UHGV virus genome: UHGV-0389665
Length of the DNA: 41,553 bases
Reading direction: 5' to 3' (one strand)
Source of the DNA: a virus
Of the stretch, positions 18,318 through 29,500 are shown one piece after another. How positions within the stretch are numbered: the stretch's first letter is position 1; each line of letters begins with the position of its first letter. Under the pieces are notes generated by a model. It made no database searches and was not told where the DNA came from. It saw only the letters and a program-made list of their open reading frames with translations. Made by a program: the position numbers and the translations under genes.

Positions 18318-18352
18318 GAACGTCTAAACATAGGCGTTTCTTTTTTGTTTTG
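18318..18352 (+). terminator. intrinsic terminator after the 17591 gene
   Basis: GAACGTCTA-aaca-TAGGCGTTT stem followed by CTTTTTTGTTTTG. Confidence 0.6.
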
Positions 18353-18369
18353 TAGAAAGGAAGAATAGT

Positions 18370-18774
18370 ATGAGCAGCTTAAAAGCATTTTTAAACCCAA
18401 TCCAGACTGAGAATAGAGAAGTCTTTATATCGGATCGATTCCAGGAAAACGGAGAAAAAGTGCCGTTTGTAATCCGTCCTATTAGTCAGGATGAAAATGA
18501 AACGATCATTCGTAAACACACCAAGAAGGACAAAAAAAAGGAAAATGAATATTTCGATAGGGTAGCATATAACCAGGATCTTGTGTCTACAGCTGTGGTG
18601 GAACCTGACTTGAAGAGTGATGAATTACAGAGAGCATACGGAGTGATCGGGGAGTCAAAGTTATTGGCTAAGATGCTGTATGTCGGTGAATATGCTGACC
18701 TTATGAAGGAAGTACAGGAGTTGTCAGGGCTGGATAAAGACATCAATGACGACATTGAAGAGGCAAAAAACTGA
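18370..18774 (+). CDS. tail assembly chaperone (XkdN-like)
   Basis: 134 aa between the tube and tape-measure genes. Ends ...GCA AAA AAC TGA. Confidence 0.7.
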   Translation: MSSLKAFLNPIQTENREVFISDRFQENGEKVPFVIRPISQDENETIIRKHTKKDKKKENEYFDRVAYNQDLVSTAVVEPDLKSDELQRAYGVIGESKLLAKMLYVGEYADLMKEVQELSGLDKDINDDIEEAKN

Positions 18775-18965
18775 TAAAGCAGGGCGATGCGGAGCTGAAT
18801 TATGCTCACTTCGCCCTGCAGAAACTGGGAATAAGGGCTGGCGTTTTATCTGGTGTATGCGGAGCGGATGATCCTATGGGACAAAAGGAACGAGCATTCA
18901 CGTATGCAAGTATTGACTTGAGGGTGGAAGAGGAAAAGAGGCAGGCCGCAAGGATGAAGATGTAA
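18370..18965 (+). CDS. predicted -1 frameshift-extended tail assembly chaperone (XkdN-O/G-GT-like fusion)
   Basis: Slippery heptamer A_AAA_AAC at 18765-18771 immediately before the 0-frame stop. The -1 frame is open from there to TAA 18963-18965, about 66 extra codons (KKLIKQGDAELNYAHFALQKLGIRAGV...AARMKM), ending 13 nt before the tape-measure start. Confidence 0.5.
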
Positions 18966-18977
18966 GGAGGTGGATCC

Positions 18978-20933
18978 ATGGCAACACTAAAGGCAATGTT
19001 TAAGTTATTCGATGGGTATAGTGCAACTGTTAATAAGATCGTAACGGGTACCGATAAGGCATCGGCAGCTGTAGGAAAGGCGAGTAAGGGAACGGATGTA
19101 TATAACCGGTCATTGAAGAACACAGGAGCAGCAGCGAGCATGGCCAGCTCCGGATTGACGAAATTGATCGGCACCGTGGTAAGCCTGGCAGCGGCAAAGA
19201 AAGGTATGGATCTGACAGATACATATACGAATACGAGTGCCCGGCTATCTATGATTACCGGAAGTCTGGAAGAACAGAAGGCCTTGCAGACGGCAGTGTT
19301 CGCTGCTGCTGACCGGTCAAGGGGCAGCTACGTGGAGATGGCCAATGCGACAGCTAAGATGAAGATGCTTGCAGGAGAATCATTTGGAAGTAATGAGGAG
19401 GCTCTGGGATTTACTGAGTTATTACAGAAGTCACTAAAGGTATCTGGAGCCAGCCAAGGAGAGCAGGATTCGGCCTTCCTTCAGTTGACACAGGCAATGG
19501 CTTCCGGAAAACTACAGGGAGATGAGTTCCGGTCGATTATGGAAAATGCGCCGATGGTGGCCAATGCGATATCGCAGTATTTAGAGGTTACCAAAGGTGA
19601 ATTAAAGGAACTGTCATCGGATGGGGCTATTACGGCGGACATCATCAAGGGTGCAATGTTTAATGCGGCAGGCGACATTAATAGAAAGTTTGCCCAGATG
19701 CCCATGACTTTTGCAGATGTCTGGCAGAAAATAAAGAACACCGGAATGCAGGCGTTCGGAGATGTATTTGAAAAAGCCAATGCTATGCTTAATTCCGATA
19801 TGGGACAGGCTGCGATTATGAATCTAACGGGACTGATCTACATGGCAGCAGAAGGTTTTAGCATGCTCCTTAATGGGATTGGATGGGCTGCAGACCATTT
19901 GGACGTCCTTGCGCCCATTGTGTTGGGGCTGGCCGGTGCCTGGTTAGTGTACAATGCGACAGCCGGGATCGCGTGGCTGACTACGTTGAAGAATGTTGCA
20001 GCTATGGCATTGAAAGCGGCAGCTGACTGGGCGGAGTATGCAGCCATATTCATGCTGATATGGGCTCAAGAAGGGTTTAATGCCGCGTTAACTGCCTGCC
20101 CTATTACATGGATTATCGGAGCTGTTATATTGCTTATTGCGGCATTTTATGCAGGGGTGGCGGCAATAAATCTCTTCGCGGGAACTTCTGTCAGTGCAAC
20201 TGGATTAATCGGTGGCGCGTTTGGATTCCTGGCAGCCAATCTTTTTAATACGTTTGTATTCCCTATCTGGAACGCATTTGCCATGCTAGGGAACTTTATC
20301 GGGAATGTATTTAGCAATCCTGTGGCAGCTGTACAGATACTGTTCCTGGATATGGCTAAGACCTGTATAGATTATGTGATCAATATGGCTAAGGTCATAG
20401 AAAATGTTATTAATAAAATTCCAGGAGTTACAGTTGATATTACGTCAGGGTTAGAAGGATTTAGGTCTAGCCTTGAGGATACAATTGGTAGTATTAAAGA
20501 CGAAAGTGGATGGGAAGAGTTTATAAAACAGCCAGAGCTTATGGACGTATCCGCTATGGCGGCAGCTGGATATAATAAAGGAGCTGCCCTTGGGGAGATG
20601 GGCTCAAGTTTTCTTTCCGGTTTCGTACCAGATCTGGGTGGCACAGATATGGACTTCAGCCAGTTTGCTACAGATGGGAGCCCTGCAACCGTGAAGGGCA
20701 AAGGAAAAAATGGGGCTGTGAAGGTTGAAAATGAAGAGGACATTGAGTGGATGCGTAAGCTGGCGGAGCGGGACTATGTGGCCAGGATTGCACAAAATAC
20801 CCTTGCTCCCAACATCAAAGTGGAGTTTAGCGGCCCAATCACGAAAGAAGCGGATACGGACGGTGTTGTGGATCATATGGTCGAACGGCTAAAAGAGACG
20901 ATCGCAACCGCGCCAGAGGGGGTGCCGGCATAA
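18978..20933 (+). CDS. tail tape measure protein
   Basis: 651 aa, alpha-helical N-terminal part and hydrophobic TM-like segments in the middle. Position after the chaperone genes. GGAGGTGG RBS. Confidence 0.85.
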   Translation: MATLKAMFKLFDGYSATVNKIVTGTDKASAAVGKASKGTDVYNRSLKNTGAAASMASSGLTKLIGTVVSLAAAKKGMDLTDTYTNTSARLSMITGSLEEQKALQTAVFAAADRSRGSYVEMANATAKMKMLAGESFGSNEEALGFTELLQKSLKVSGASQGEQDSAFLQLTQAMASGKLQGDEFRSIMENAPMVANAISQYLEVTKGELKELSSDGAITADIIKGAMFNAAGDINRKFAQMPMTFADVWQKIKNTGMQAFGDVFEKANAMLNSDMGQAAIMNLTGLIYMAAEGFSMLLNGIGWAADHLDVLAPIVLGLAGAWLVYNATAGIAWLTTLKNVAAMALKAAADWAEYAAIFMLIWAQEGFNAALTACPITWIIGAVILLIAAFYAGVAAINLFAGTSVSATGLIGGAFGFLAANLFNTFVFPIWNAFAMLGNFIGNVFSNPVAAVQILFLDMAKTCIDYVINMAKVIENVINKIPGVTVDITSGLEGFRSSLEDTIGSIKDESGWEEFIKQPELMDVSAMAAAGYNKGAALGEMGSSFLSGFVPDLGGTDMDFSQFATDGSPATVKGKGKNGAVKVENEEDIEWMRKLAERDYVARIAQNTLAPNIKVEFSGPITKEADTDGVVDHMVERLKETIATAPEGVPA

Positions 20934-21595
20934 TGTCGTATTCTGTGTACTTCAAGTATGATAACAAGAAATATAAGCTTCCGGTCAACCCGGAAGAGAT
21001 CAAACGGACGAGAAATCTTAATGTGGAGACTTACCAGGTGCTTGGCACAGGGCAGGTCTCCATTCCAGCTTATTGCGAATTGGAGGAATATAGCTTTGAG
21101 GCAGAGTTCCCTAGCCAGGATTATCATTATATCGAATCAGGAGCGCGGGCTGATGCAGATTATTATGAAAAGATGTTCCGTAAGGCCCAGAAAAATAAAA
21201 AGCCTATCCGCTTCATTGCGTCCAATGATATTACGGACGATATTAGCGTGAGGGTATTGGTGAAGGGGGTGGAAGTTGTTGAAAAGGCAGGAGAGGAAGG
21301 GGATAAATACATATCCCTGACCTTGCTTGAACACAAAGGTACCAGCAAACGGTATGTGGCAGTCCAGACCCCGACCGCTACGGTTAAGCAGGAGGATACG
21401 GCCGCCGGCAGTGAGGCTGCAAATCCAGCAGTGACCGATAACAAGACACATACGGTACAATCAGGCGATACGCTTTGGGGGATTGCCAAAAAATACTATG
21501 GCAACGGAGCGCAGTATCCTAAGATTGCTTCTGCAAATGGTATTGTAAACCCTGACGTCATCAGCGTGGGGCAGGTATTGAGCATACCAGTATAG
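20933..21595 (+). CDS. XkdP-like tail protein with C-terminal LysM domain
   Basis: C-terminal HTVQSGDTLWGIAKKYYGNGAQYPKIASANGIVNPDVISVGQVLSIP is a LysM motif. Confidence 0.8.
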   Translation: MSYSVYFKYDNKKYKLPVNPEEIKRTRNLNVETYQVLGTGQVSIPAYCELEEYSFEAEFPSQDYHYIESGARADADYYEKMFRKAQKNKKPIRFIASNDITDDISVRVLVKGVEVVEKAGEEGDKYISLTLLEHKGTSKRYVAVQTPTATVKQEDTAAGSEAANPAVTDNKTHTVQSGDTLWGIAKKYYGNGAQYPKIASANGIVNPDVISVGQVLSIPV

Positions 21596-21604
21596 GAGGC
21601 GCAC

Positions 21605-22558
21605 ATGGAAATATTAGTGGAGACACAGGGCTACATCTATGACATATCCGACATGTGCACGGAAGTTTCGTGGTCGGATGTGCTTAATGATGGCGCCAGC
21701 AGCCTGGAGGTTTCATATATCAAAGACGGCCTTACTTTGGAAAATGGAGATGTCATCCGCTTGACGGATCATGATCAGGAGGACGGTATCTTTTTTGGAA
21801 AAATATTTAAGGTATCCGGTGACGAGAGCGGAATCATTAAGGTTAAGGCTTATGACCAGTTGAGGTATGCAAAACATAAGGATATGGTAGTGTTTGAAAA
21901 AGGATCCTTGAAAGGGCTGGCGCAACACATGTGTGCGTTCCTCTCACTCAAGCCGGGAACCATGGAGGAACCAGGATATATACTGCCCACGATCGCAGAC
22001 TACAACAAAACATGGCTTGATCATATGTACCAGGCAGTGTCTGATACGCTGCTCGGAACACAAGAGAAATACTGTCTAAGAGATGAATACGGCTCCGTGT
22101 GCTTGTGGAACATGCGTAATCTTCAGACGCCTCTTGTATTAGGGGATAACAGTTTGTGTACTGGGTACGGCTGGGAAAAATCCATAGACGAAGATTTTTA
22201 CAACCGGATCAAAGTTGTATGGGAGGATAAAGAAAGCGGAGTGACGGATGTCGGTACGGCAGTTGATCAGGAATCAGTCAACCGGTATGGGCTGCTCCTG
22301 TATCTTGAATCCTCCCCATCAGGGGTTGACAACGCAGCCAAAGCGCAGGATAGGGCAAATGGTCTCTTGAGGCTGTATAACCATGAGAAGGAGACTCTGA
22401 AGCTGGAATGCGTAGGGGATCTGCGGGTCCGCGCCGGGAACAGTATCTATGGCAGCATAGAAGACATAGGGCTTAACAGGCGTCTGATCGTAAGGAAAGT
22501 CACACATAATTTCTTGCCGGTACACACCATGTCGGTGGAGGTGATTGCAGATGAGTGA
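21605..22558 (+). CDS. XkdQ-like tail/baseplate protein
   Basis: 317 aa. Position after the LysM protein in a PBSX-like order. Confidence 0.55.
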   Translation: MEILVETQGYIYDISDMCTEVSWSDVLNDGASSLEVSYIKDGLTLENGDVIRLTDHDQEDGIFFGKIFKVSGDESGIIKVKAYDQLRYAKHKDMVVFEKGSLKGLAQHMCAFLSLKPGTMEEPGYILPTIADYNKTWLDHMYQAVSDTLLGTQEKYCLRDEYGSVCLWNMRNLQTPLVLGDNSLCTGYGWEKSIDEDFYNRIKVVWEDKESGVTDVGTAVDQESVNRYGLLLYLESSPSGVDNAAKAQDRANGLLRLYNHEKETLKLECVGDLRVRAGNSIYGSIEDIGLNRRLIVRKVTHNFLPVHTMSVEVIADE

Positions 22559-22826
22559 CCAGGGGAGCATGCAGGAATTTTTCAACCTGATAAAAACCAT
22601 TGTTGACAATTATATGGCTGCCAGAAAACCGGCGGCTGTATTGATGGGGATATATAACGGGGCAGCTATTATGATAGGTGAACTCCCGGTGCCATTAGGC
22701 ATGATAACAGGTAATGTAAAGACAAAGCTGGTATCTGGGGACAAGGTGCGCCTACTAAGGAATGACAGAGGGCGTGAATATTACATCCTTGAGATCATCA
22801 GCGAGCCGGATGAGACAGGAGGCTGA
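22545..22826 (+). CDS. XkdR-like (DUF2577) baseplate protein
   Basis: 93 aa. Assigned from gene order. Confidence 0.5.
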   Translation: MQMSDQGSMQEFFNLIKTIVDNYMAARKPAAVLMGIYNGAAIMIGELPVPLGMITGNVKTKLVSGDKVRLLRNDRGREYYILEIISEPDETGG

Positions 22827-22828
22827 CT

Positions 22829-23215
22829 ATGGCAGAACTTACGACATCTCTGGTATTACAGGAACGAAGCTATGGGGGGAGGACATATAAACTATCGGAA
22901 GAGAAGATAGAAGGGTTTGTGGATGGAGTGGATTCCCTGAAGCAGGCTATCTATAAGATATTATCAACAGAGCGATATGAATACCCAATCTACAGTTTTA
23001 ACTACGGGATTGCCTGGAAGGAACTGATCGGAGAGGAGCGCCCCTATGTGCGGGCAGAGATGAAGCGGATGATCCAGGAGGCGCTATTGCAAGATGACAG
23101 GATCCTGGAGGTAGACGGTTTTGTGTTTGATTTCTCCGGAGATCTGTGCCGCTGTACCTTCAGTGTTGCGAGTATTTACGGTGAGATTGAGATCGGGACG
23201 GAGGTGGCAGTATGA
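22829..23215 (+). CDS. XkdS-like (DUF2634) baseplate protein
   Basis: 128 aa. Assigned from gene order. Confidence 0.5.
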   Translation: MAELTTSLVLQERSYGGRTYKLSEEKIEGFVDGVDSLKQAIYKILSTERYEYPIYSFNYGIAWKELIGEERPYVRAEMKRMIQEALLQDDRILEVDGFVFDFSGDLCRCTFSVASIYGEIEIGTEVAV

Positions 23216-24240
23216 GTTCCGCATATGAAGAAATATTACAGGAGATGCTGAGCCGGGTACCAAGTGATGTGGAGAAGCGGGAGGGGAGCATCATATATGA
23301 TGCGCTTGCTCCATGTGCCTATTTTATTGCGCAGATGGAATTTCAACTGGAGAATTTCACTGACTTAGTGCTCCCAGATACTGCCATAGCAGAGTATCTG
23401 GATCGGGCAGCAGCGGCCTATGGCCTGGTCCGTAAAGAGGCTACGAAGGCTGTAAGGAAGATAGAGACTACCGCATTTGTGGATATAGGGACGCGCTGGG
23501 GCATCAACGGACTTACGTATACAATCACGCGCCGCCTTGGGGATACCATGTATGAGGCAGAATGCGATACCGCGGGGGAAGAAGGGAACCGTTTTACCGG
23601 CTTGATGCAGCCTATATCTAATGTGGCCGGGATCACGGCTAACCTGACAGATATTGTGTCAGCTGGTGCAGATGAGGAATCGGATGATGCTTTCCGTGAA
23701 CGATTTTATGTCAGGGTGCGCCTGCCAGCAACATCCGGAAACGCTGATCACTATCTGGCATGGGCATTGGAGGTGCCTGGGACCGGCGCGGCAAAGGTAT
23801 TCCCCCTGGACAGTGGACCAGGCAGCGTGACAGTGCTGGTGTTAGACAGTAATAAAGAGATATCCGCATCGCTTCCCAATGATGTGGCCGCATACATTGA
23901 GACGGTGCGCCCGATTGGTGCAACGGTCACGGTAGCAAGCCCGGAAGCATTGCTTATCAATATAACAGCGGACATAACTTTAGATGGAACCCAGACCCTT
24001 TCAGAAGTGGAGGATGCGTATGGTGACGCGGTTGACACCTTTTTGAAGGATGCCGCTTTTAATACTTACCGCATCAGCTATGCGAAGCTGGGAAGCTTAT
24101 TGTTAGACACTCCCGGAGTGGAGGACTTTGAGGATTTCCAAGTCAACTCTTCCATTGGGAATGTAGCTGTAGGCGGGAAGCAGGTGGCGGTCAGGGGAAC
24201 CATAGAGTTGACGGAGGTAAGTACACTTGGAACTGATTGA
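23212..24240 (+). CDS. baseplate J-like protein (XkdT-like)
   Basis: 342 aa. Position and size. Confidence 0.7.
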   Translation: MSSAYEEILQEMLSRVPSDVEKREGSIIYDALAPCAYFIAQMEFQLENFTDLVLPDTAIAEYLDRAAAAYGLVRKEATKAVRKIETTAFVDIGTRWGINGLTYTITRRLGDTMYEAECDTAGEEGNRFTGLMQPISNVAGITANLTDIVSAGADEESDDAFRERFYVRVRLPATSGNADHYLAWALEVPGTGAAKVFPLDSGPGSVTVLVLDSNKEISASLPNDVAAYIETVRPIGATVTVASPEALLINITADITLDGTQTLSEVEDAYGDAVDTFLKDAAFNTYRISYAKLGSLLLDTPGVEDFEDFQVNSSIGNVAVGGKQVAVRGTIELTEVSTLGTD

Positions 24241-24760
24241 TCTATTGCCACCAAAATATGATAGGAATATAACAATGCAGACACTACAGAAGTTATTGGG
24301 AAAGGCCACGGATGATCTGGAAAATGGACTCAGCAACACTATCTCTGAGTGCTTCATATCAACAGCCAGCAGTCTCCTAAGCCGGTATGAGAAGATGTTC
24401 GGCTTAAAAGTCAGCATATCTGAATCAGACGCATTTCGCAGGGAACGCATAACAGCCAAGATGTCAGTCACGGGAACAGTCACGAAAGCTATGCTCATGG
24501 ATGTGGCGAGCCGTTACTCTAATGGGGAAGTAGAGATCACAGAAGATGCGCCAAACCATAAGTTTACAGTCAGTTTTGTTGGAATGCTGGGGATCCCCCA
24601 AAACATGGATGGGTTGAAGATGACTATAGAAGAGATCAAGCCGGCGCATTTGGCGGCTGAATATGAGTATTTCTATAATACATGGAACGACATAAGCCAT
24701 ATGACGTGGGATGAAGCTTCGGCATATACATGGGAAGGAATAAGGACGGTGAATCTATGA
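24227..24760 (+). CDS. XkdU-like (DUF2313) tail protein
   Basis: 177 aa. Assigned from gene order. Confidence 0.55.
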   Translation: MELIDLLPPKYDRNITMQTLQKLLGKATDDLENGLSNTISECFISTASSLLSRYEKMFGLKVSISESDAFRRERITAKMSVTGTVTKAMLMDVASRYSNGEVEITEDAPNHKFTVSFVGMLGIPQNMDGLKMTIEEIKPAHLAAEYEYFYNTWNDISHMTWDEASAYTWEGIRTVNL

Positions 24761-25161
24761 GCGAGACAACGAACTATAAACTTAAGAAACCGGAAGGAAA
24801 TCTATATATCAATGTAGCTGATCTGAATTTTAACGCAGACATCATTGACACAGAACTAAAGAAGTATCAGGACGGTCTCATCCGCGCAAATGGAAAAAAG
24901 GACATAACCCTTACCGCAGCCAGCTGGACAGGAAGCGCGGCACCATATACGCAGGTTGTGGCAGTAGCTGGGATTACAACGGAGGACGTTCCCAGCGTAG
25001 GGATCATCTACCCAACAAACTGTACCAGGGCGCAACAGAAGGCTATCAATAAAGCCGTATCTTATATTTATGATGTAGAGACTGGAGCGGGGAAGATAAC
25101 CGTAAGGGCAACACAAAAGCCAGCGGTCGACATTACGCTTGGCTTGAAAGGAGTGGTTTAA
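24757..25161 (+). CDS. putative tail fibre/receptor-binding component
   Basis: ATG 24757 overlaps the upstream stop (ATGA). The track start at 24730 is in the same frame. Confidence 0.45.
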   Translation: MSETTNYKLKKPEGNLYINVADLNFNADIIDTELKKYQDGLIRANGKKDITLTAASWTGSAAPYTQVVAVAGITTEDVPSVGIIYPTNCTRAQQKAINKAVSYIYDVETGAGKITVRATQKPAVDITLGLKGVV

Positions 25162-25857
25162 ATGGCGCATGTACCGATTAGCTTGGTAGGGGGCGGGGGT
25201 GCGGACCTTGACCTGATCACCGTCACGCCAGCAGATGTACGTAAAAATAAGGTCTATGTGGATGCTGATGGAAATGCCCAGAATGGTGCTATGCCTGAAC
25301 TGCCGGAAACAATCTACACACCAAGCGTATCTGATCAGACCATTGCAGCTGGACAGAGGCTTGCCGGAACACAGACTATAAAGGGAGATAGTGACCTAAT
25401 CGCGGCCAATATCATATCAGGCAAGAACATATTTAATGTCCCCGGAAACCGTAAGTATTTTGATGTGGTAAGTAATGTCATCTACAATGGGAACGTTTCT
25501 TATACCAGTTATAAACCATCCGGTTCCAAGGACAGTTACAAGGGACAGGGAGTATCCTGCGGGGCACCTTACAGCAGTTATAATTCAGTTGTCTTAAGAA
25601 TTTATCAGGATACATCTGGTGCCGGTGCAGAAGCAGATGTGGTCCTTAGGAAAGGCAATGTAAGGAAAGCTGCCGTCATAGTAACCAAATATATAGGACA
25701 GGCGTATGAGACAGTGTGGATGGAAATATGGCGGGAGTCTAATGGGGAGATATGGTTTTATCCTTTTCGAGGGAATGTAAACGGTACTTATCATACAGTT
25801 ATTGAAGTACTCGGGGTATCATCTGCTGATATCTCAAAGGATAACGAATGGGGTTAA
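25162..25857 (+). CDS. putative tail fibre protein
   Basis: 231 aa, Gly-rich N-terminus. Last structural gene before the lysis genes. Confidence 0.45.
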   Translation: MAHVPISLVGGGGADLDLITVTPADVRKNKVYVDADGNAQNGAMPELPETIYTPSVSDQTIAAGQRLAGTQTIKGDSDLIAANIISGKNIFNVPGNRKYFDVVSNVIYNGNVSYTSYKPSGSKDSYKGQGVSCGAPYSSYNSVVLRIYQDTSGAGAEADVVLRKGNVRKAAVIVTKYIGQAYETVWMEIWRESNGEIWFYPFRGNVNGTYHTVIEVLGVSSADISKDNEWG

Positions 25858-25879
25858 TTAAGAAGGTGAGGTATATGAC

Positions 25880-26131
25880 ATGCAGATACCCACAGACATC
25901 ATGGTGGCGCTTATCGGCCTGGCAGGGAGTGCATTTGGGGCTTTTATAGGCGTCCTGGCATCCGCTAAGCTGACTAATTACCGGATTGAACAGCTGGAGA
26001 AAAAAGTGGACAAGCACAATACGGTGATTGAGCGTACATACAAGTTGGAGGAGACACAGGCAGTCATTCAGGAGCAGATCAAGGTTGTCAATCATAGGAT
26101 TGGCGATCTGGAAAGAGATAGAGAGGAATAA
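25880..26131 (+). CDS. XhlA-like hemolysin/lysis-associated membrane protein
   Basis: 83 aa with an N-terminal TM helix VALIGLAGSAFGAFIGVLASA followed by a coiled coil. AAGGTGAGG RBS. Confidence 0.6.
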   Translation: MQIPTDIMVALIGLAGSAFGAFIGVLASAKLTNYRIEQLEKKVDKHNTVIERTYKLEETQAVIQEQIKVVNHRIGDLERDREE

Positions 26132-26135
26132 GATT

Positions 26136-26462
26136 ATGAATATTAATGTAATGATGCAGTATATGTCATATTTGCTGGTTGCTGTTGGATTAATGGCTTT
26201 TCTGGTATCAGTCATCACTCAGGTGATTAAAGCATGGCCGGGACTGGACAGGTTGCCAACATCGGCAGTGGTTATTGTATTGTCTTTGGTGTTGTGCCCT
26301 GTAGCCTTCCTTGCATTGATGGAATGGAAAAAGCAACCAATCACATGGTGGATGATTTTTGGATGCATGATTGCGGCCTTTGTGGTTGCCTTGGTATCCA
26401 TGGATGGCTGGGAACGGTTAAAAGAAATATGGGAGAGAACAGGTTACAAGAAATCAGAATAG
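26136..26462 (+). CDS. holin-like multi-pass membrane protein
   Basis: 108 aa with three hydrophobic helices and a charged C-terminus. Immediately follows XhlA. Confidence 0.55.
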   Translation: MNINVMMQYMSYLLVAVGLMAFLVSVITQVIKAWPGLDRLPTSAVVIVLSLVLCPVAFLALMEWKKQPITWWMIFGCMIAAFVVALVSMDGWERLKEIWERTGYKKSE

Positions 26463-26515
26463 AATGAAGCGCATAGCACATATGGACATGTAGTATTCTA
26501 TTACGGAGGTATGAG

Positions 26516-29500
26516 ATGATCACAGTATTATTTAAGGATGGATCTGACTATGGAGAGGCATCAGGCAGACTGTGGCAATGGGATTATGGTCAGACCCTGA
26601 GAATCCAGGGGCTGGATCTTCCGACCGCGGCGGAGATACATTTTTCCCTACAGCAGTCAGGCGGGGAGGCCGTAACCCGTATCGGCACTACTAGGGATGG
26701 CGTGACGGAGGTAGTGATTCCGGACAGCCTCCTGGAGGGGGACCAGGTACAGCCCTATTATATCCATGTGTGGGTGTACCTGGCGGATGAGACCAGCGGC
26801 CAGACTGCCAAGACTGCACAGATATGGATAAATACACGGTCTAAGCCAGAAGCGTTCGACAAGCCAGAGGAGGTAGAATTGTTTCGTGACGCCATTGCTG
26901 CGGTCAATAAAGCGGTTGAAAAGGCGGAAGCAGTTGGAACTGTAACTCCGGAACAAATATCTGTAGCTGTTGAATCTTACTTTGAATCAAATCCTGGAAC
27001 AGACATCAACGCCTTAGAGGAGGCTACCGGATTAGACTATGGGATTGTAATCAGCGAAGATATCCAGAAAAAAATATCAATGGATCATATGGTAGAATGT
27101 ATCATTAACCGTGCGATTGAACTGGGGTTGATCAATCCCGTCATCAGCGGCCTCTCCACATACTCCGTTGTCAATTGGTCAGATAATTGGAGTTTTACAA
27201 AAGATAACTCTACATATACAATCGTCAATCTCCCCCATACCTGCAACCAATCGGATGGGGCAAGCCAAAGTATGTACCGTGGGAAGACATGGTATAGTAA
27301 AGATTTAGTTGTATCCAATGATGATGGAACGAAGGTATTTTATATTATATTTGAAGCGGCCGGACAGAAATCCACTGTTTATGTAGACAACGTAGAGATT
27401 ATCAGTTATGAAGGCGGCTACACGCCCTTTATAGTTAAGCTTGCCAATCTTACATCCGGCGCACATAAAATAAAGATAATGTGTGATAATACTGCTGATA
27501 CTAACCTGATACCAGTATCAGCAGATTTCAACTTTAATAACGGGCTACATAGGGATGTCTATCTCTTTACCCAGTCATTGGTTGGCTTTGATGCAGTCGA
27601 ATTTGGTGATTCAAGAATGCACATTATTCCATCCGTTGTTACAATTGGCAGCACTAGCAATGCCAGCGCCAAGTTGTCTATAAAGGCTAAAATAAATAAT
27701 ACCGGAGTAAAAAACATCAATGCGGTTATCCGAATGACACTGTATGAGAGATCGACCGGGAATACAATACTCTCTGATTCTGAAAATGTTATGCTGCCAT
27801 CTTCCGGAAGTTACAATTATGATGCCACATTTGACGTAACCTCTGTACATTTATGGAATGGTATTAAGGATCCCTTCCTATATATCGTCAAGCTGGATCT
27901 TCTCGTATATGGTGATATTCTGGTAGACACACTCTCCGACCGCATTGGTTTCCGCAAAATATCTCTGGATGAAGCAAACGGCTTTCTACTGAATGATAAA
28001 AGCTACCCGCTGAGAGGCGTTGCAATGCATCAGGATTATCCGGGAGTCATGTCTGCTATGACCAAAGACTGCTTTGATGCTGACTACTCTACCGTGATTG
28101 ATATTGGCTGTAATGTAGTTAGGCTGGCTCATTACCCGCACGATAAATATGCATTTCAAAAATGTGATGAACTCGGCCTGATTGTACAGACTGAAATTCC
28201 ATGGGTGAATCATTGCGGCGTAAATGCCACTCAGGAATACTATGACTGCATAAAAACCAATCTGGCAAGTATGATAAGAAATCACTACAACCACCCCTCC
28301 ATTGTTTTCTGGGGACTTTCCAATGAACTGAATGGAAGCCACTGGAAAGGCGGCGGAGATCCACAAGGAGGTTATAGCTATTCAAAAGCGCTGGAATGGA
28401 ATAACCTTTTGTACACATATGCAAAGACACTGGATAGCACCAGGTTTATTGGTTTTGTTGCACATCCAAACACCTTTAACAATACCCCGGCAAATTCGGC
28501 TGATTGGTCGGCTGATTGGATCGGACTCAATCTATATTATGGATGGTACTATGGTAATTTTAATGGGCTTACTACTGCCCTGGATCATTATCACAACCAT
28601 AGGCCTTTTCTCGCATTAACAGAATATGGCGCCGGTGGGAATCCAGCAACCCACAGCGAGACTCCTTTGACAACCACCACAACCGGAACCGGCGGAGCTG
28701 TTCATGATGAAGAGTATCAGAATCTATTCCACGAGTCTCACTTAGAGCAGATCCAAGCCAAGCCATGGCTGGTATTCACCTCGCTCTGGGTACTGTTTGA
28801 TTTTGCGGTATCCGGGAGAAACGAGGGCCGGATGCCCTATACAAACAATAAAGGGCTCATCACGCGGGATAGACAGGTTAAGAAAGATTCCTTTTTCTTA
28901 TATAAGGCTGCCTGGAACCCTGAACCGATGATCTACATTACAAGCCGCCGATTTACTGCAGTGCGTCCAGATACAATATCCATCAAGGTCTATGCGAACA
29001 CGGACTCGGTATCACTTTACCGGGCAGATGGGACCACATTGATCGCCACACTTACCACAGCTACAAAATGTGGCGTTGTCTGGGAGTTTAATAATGTCTC
29101 CTTCTCTTCCTCTACATCCGATGAAGTCTTTGTCGTAAAAGGCACCAAGAATGGTATTGAAGTAAGGGATGAAGTTACCTTCTATCATGAAGTGCAAGAA
29201 GCACCTGGACCAGAATATGATTATCATGTTGACATTGACTTTACCGGCTCAAATGACAACCTTGTTGCCAATGATAAAATGGGACATGCAACAGTTAGCC
29301 TGTCAGGTTTTACTGGTATTGCAACATCCGGATTTAATTCCGCCGGATATCTAAATAATACAGACGGCACCGGTTTGGTTACTATAAGTAATCTTGGACT
29401 TGATCAATTATCTGGTCCCGTTGAAATCGGTATGGAGTTTGCGGATTTCTCATTCACTACAATAAACCACAGAGGTCGATTCATCATGATGAATGATGAT

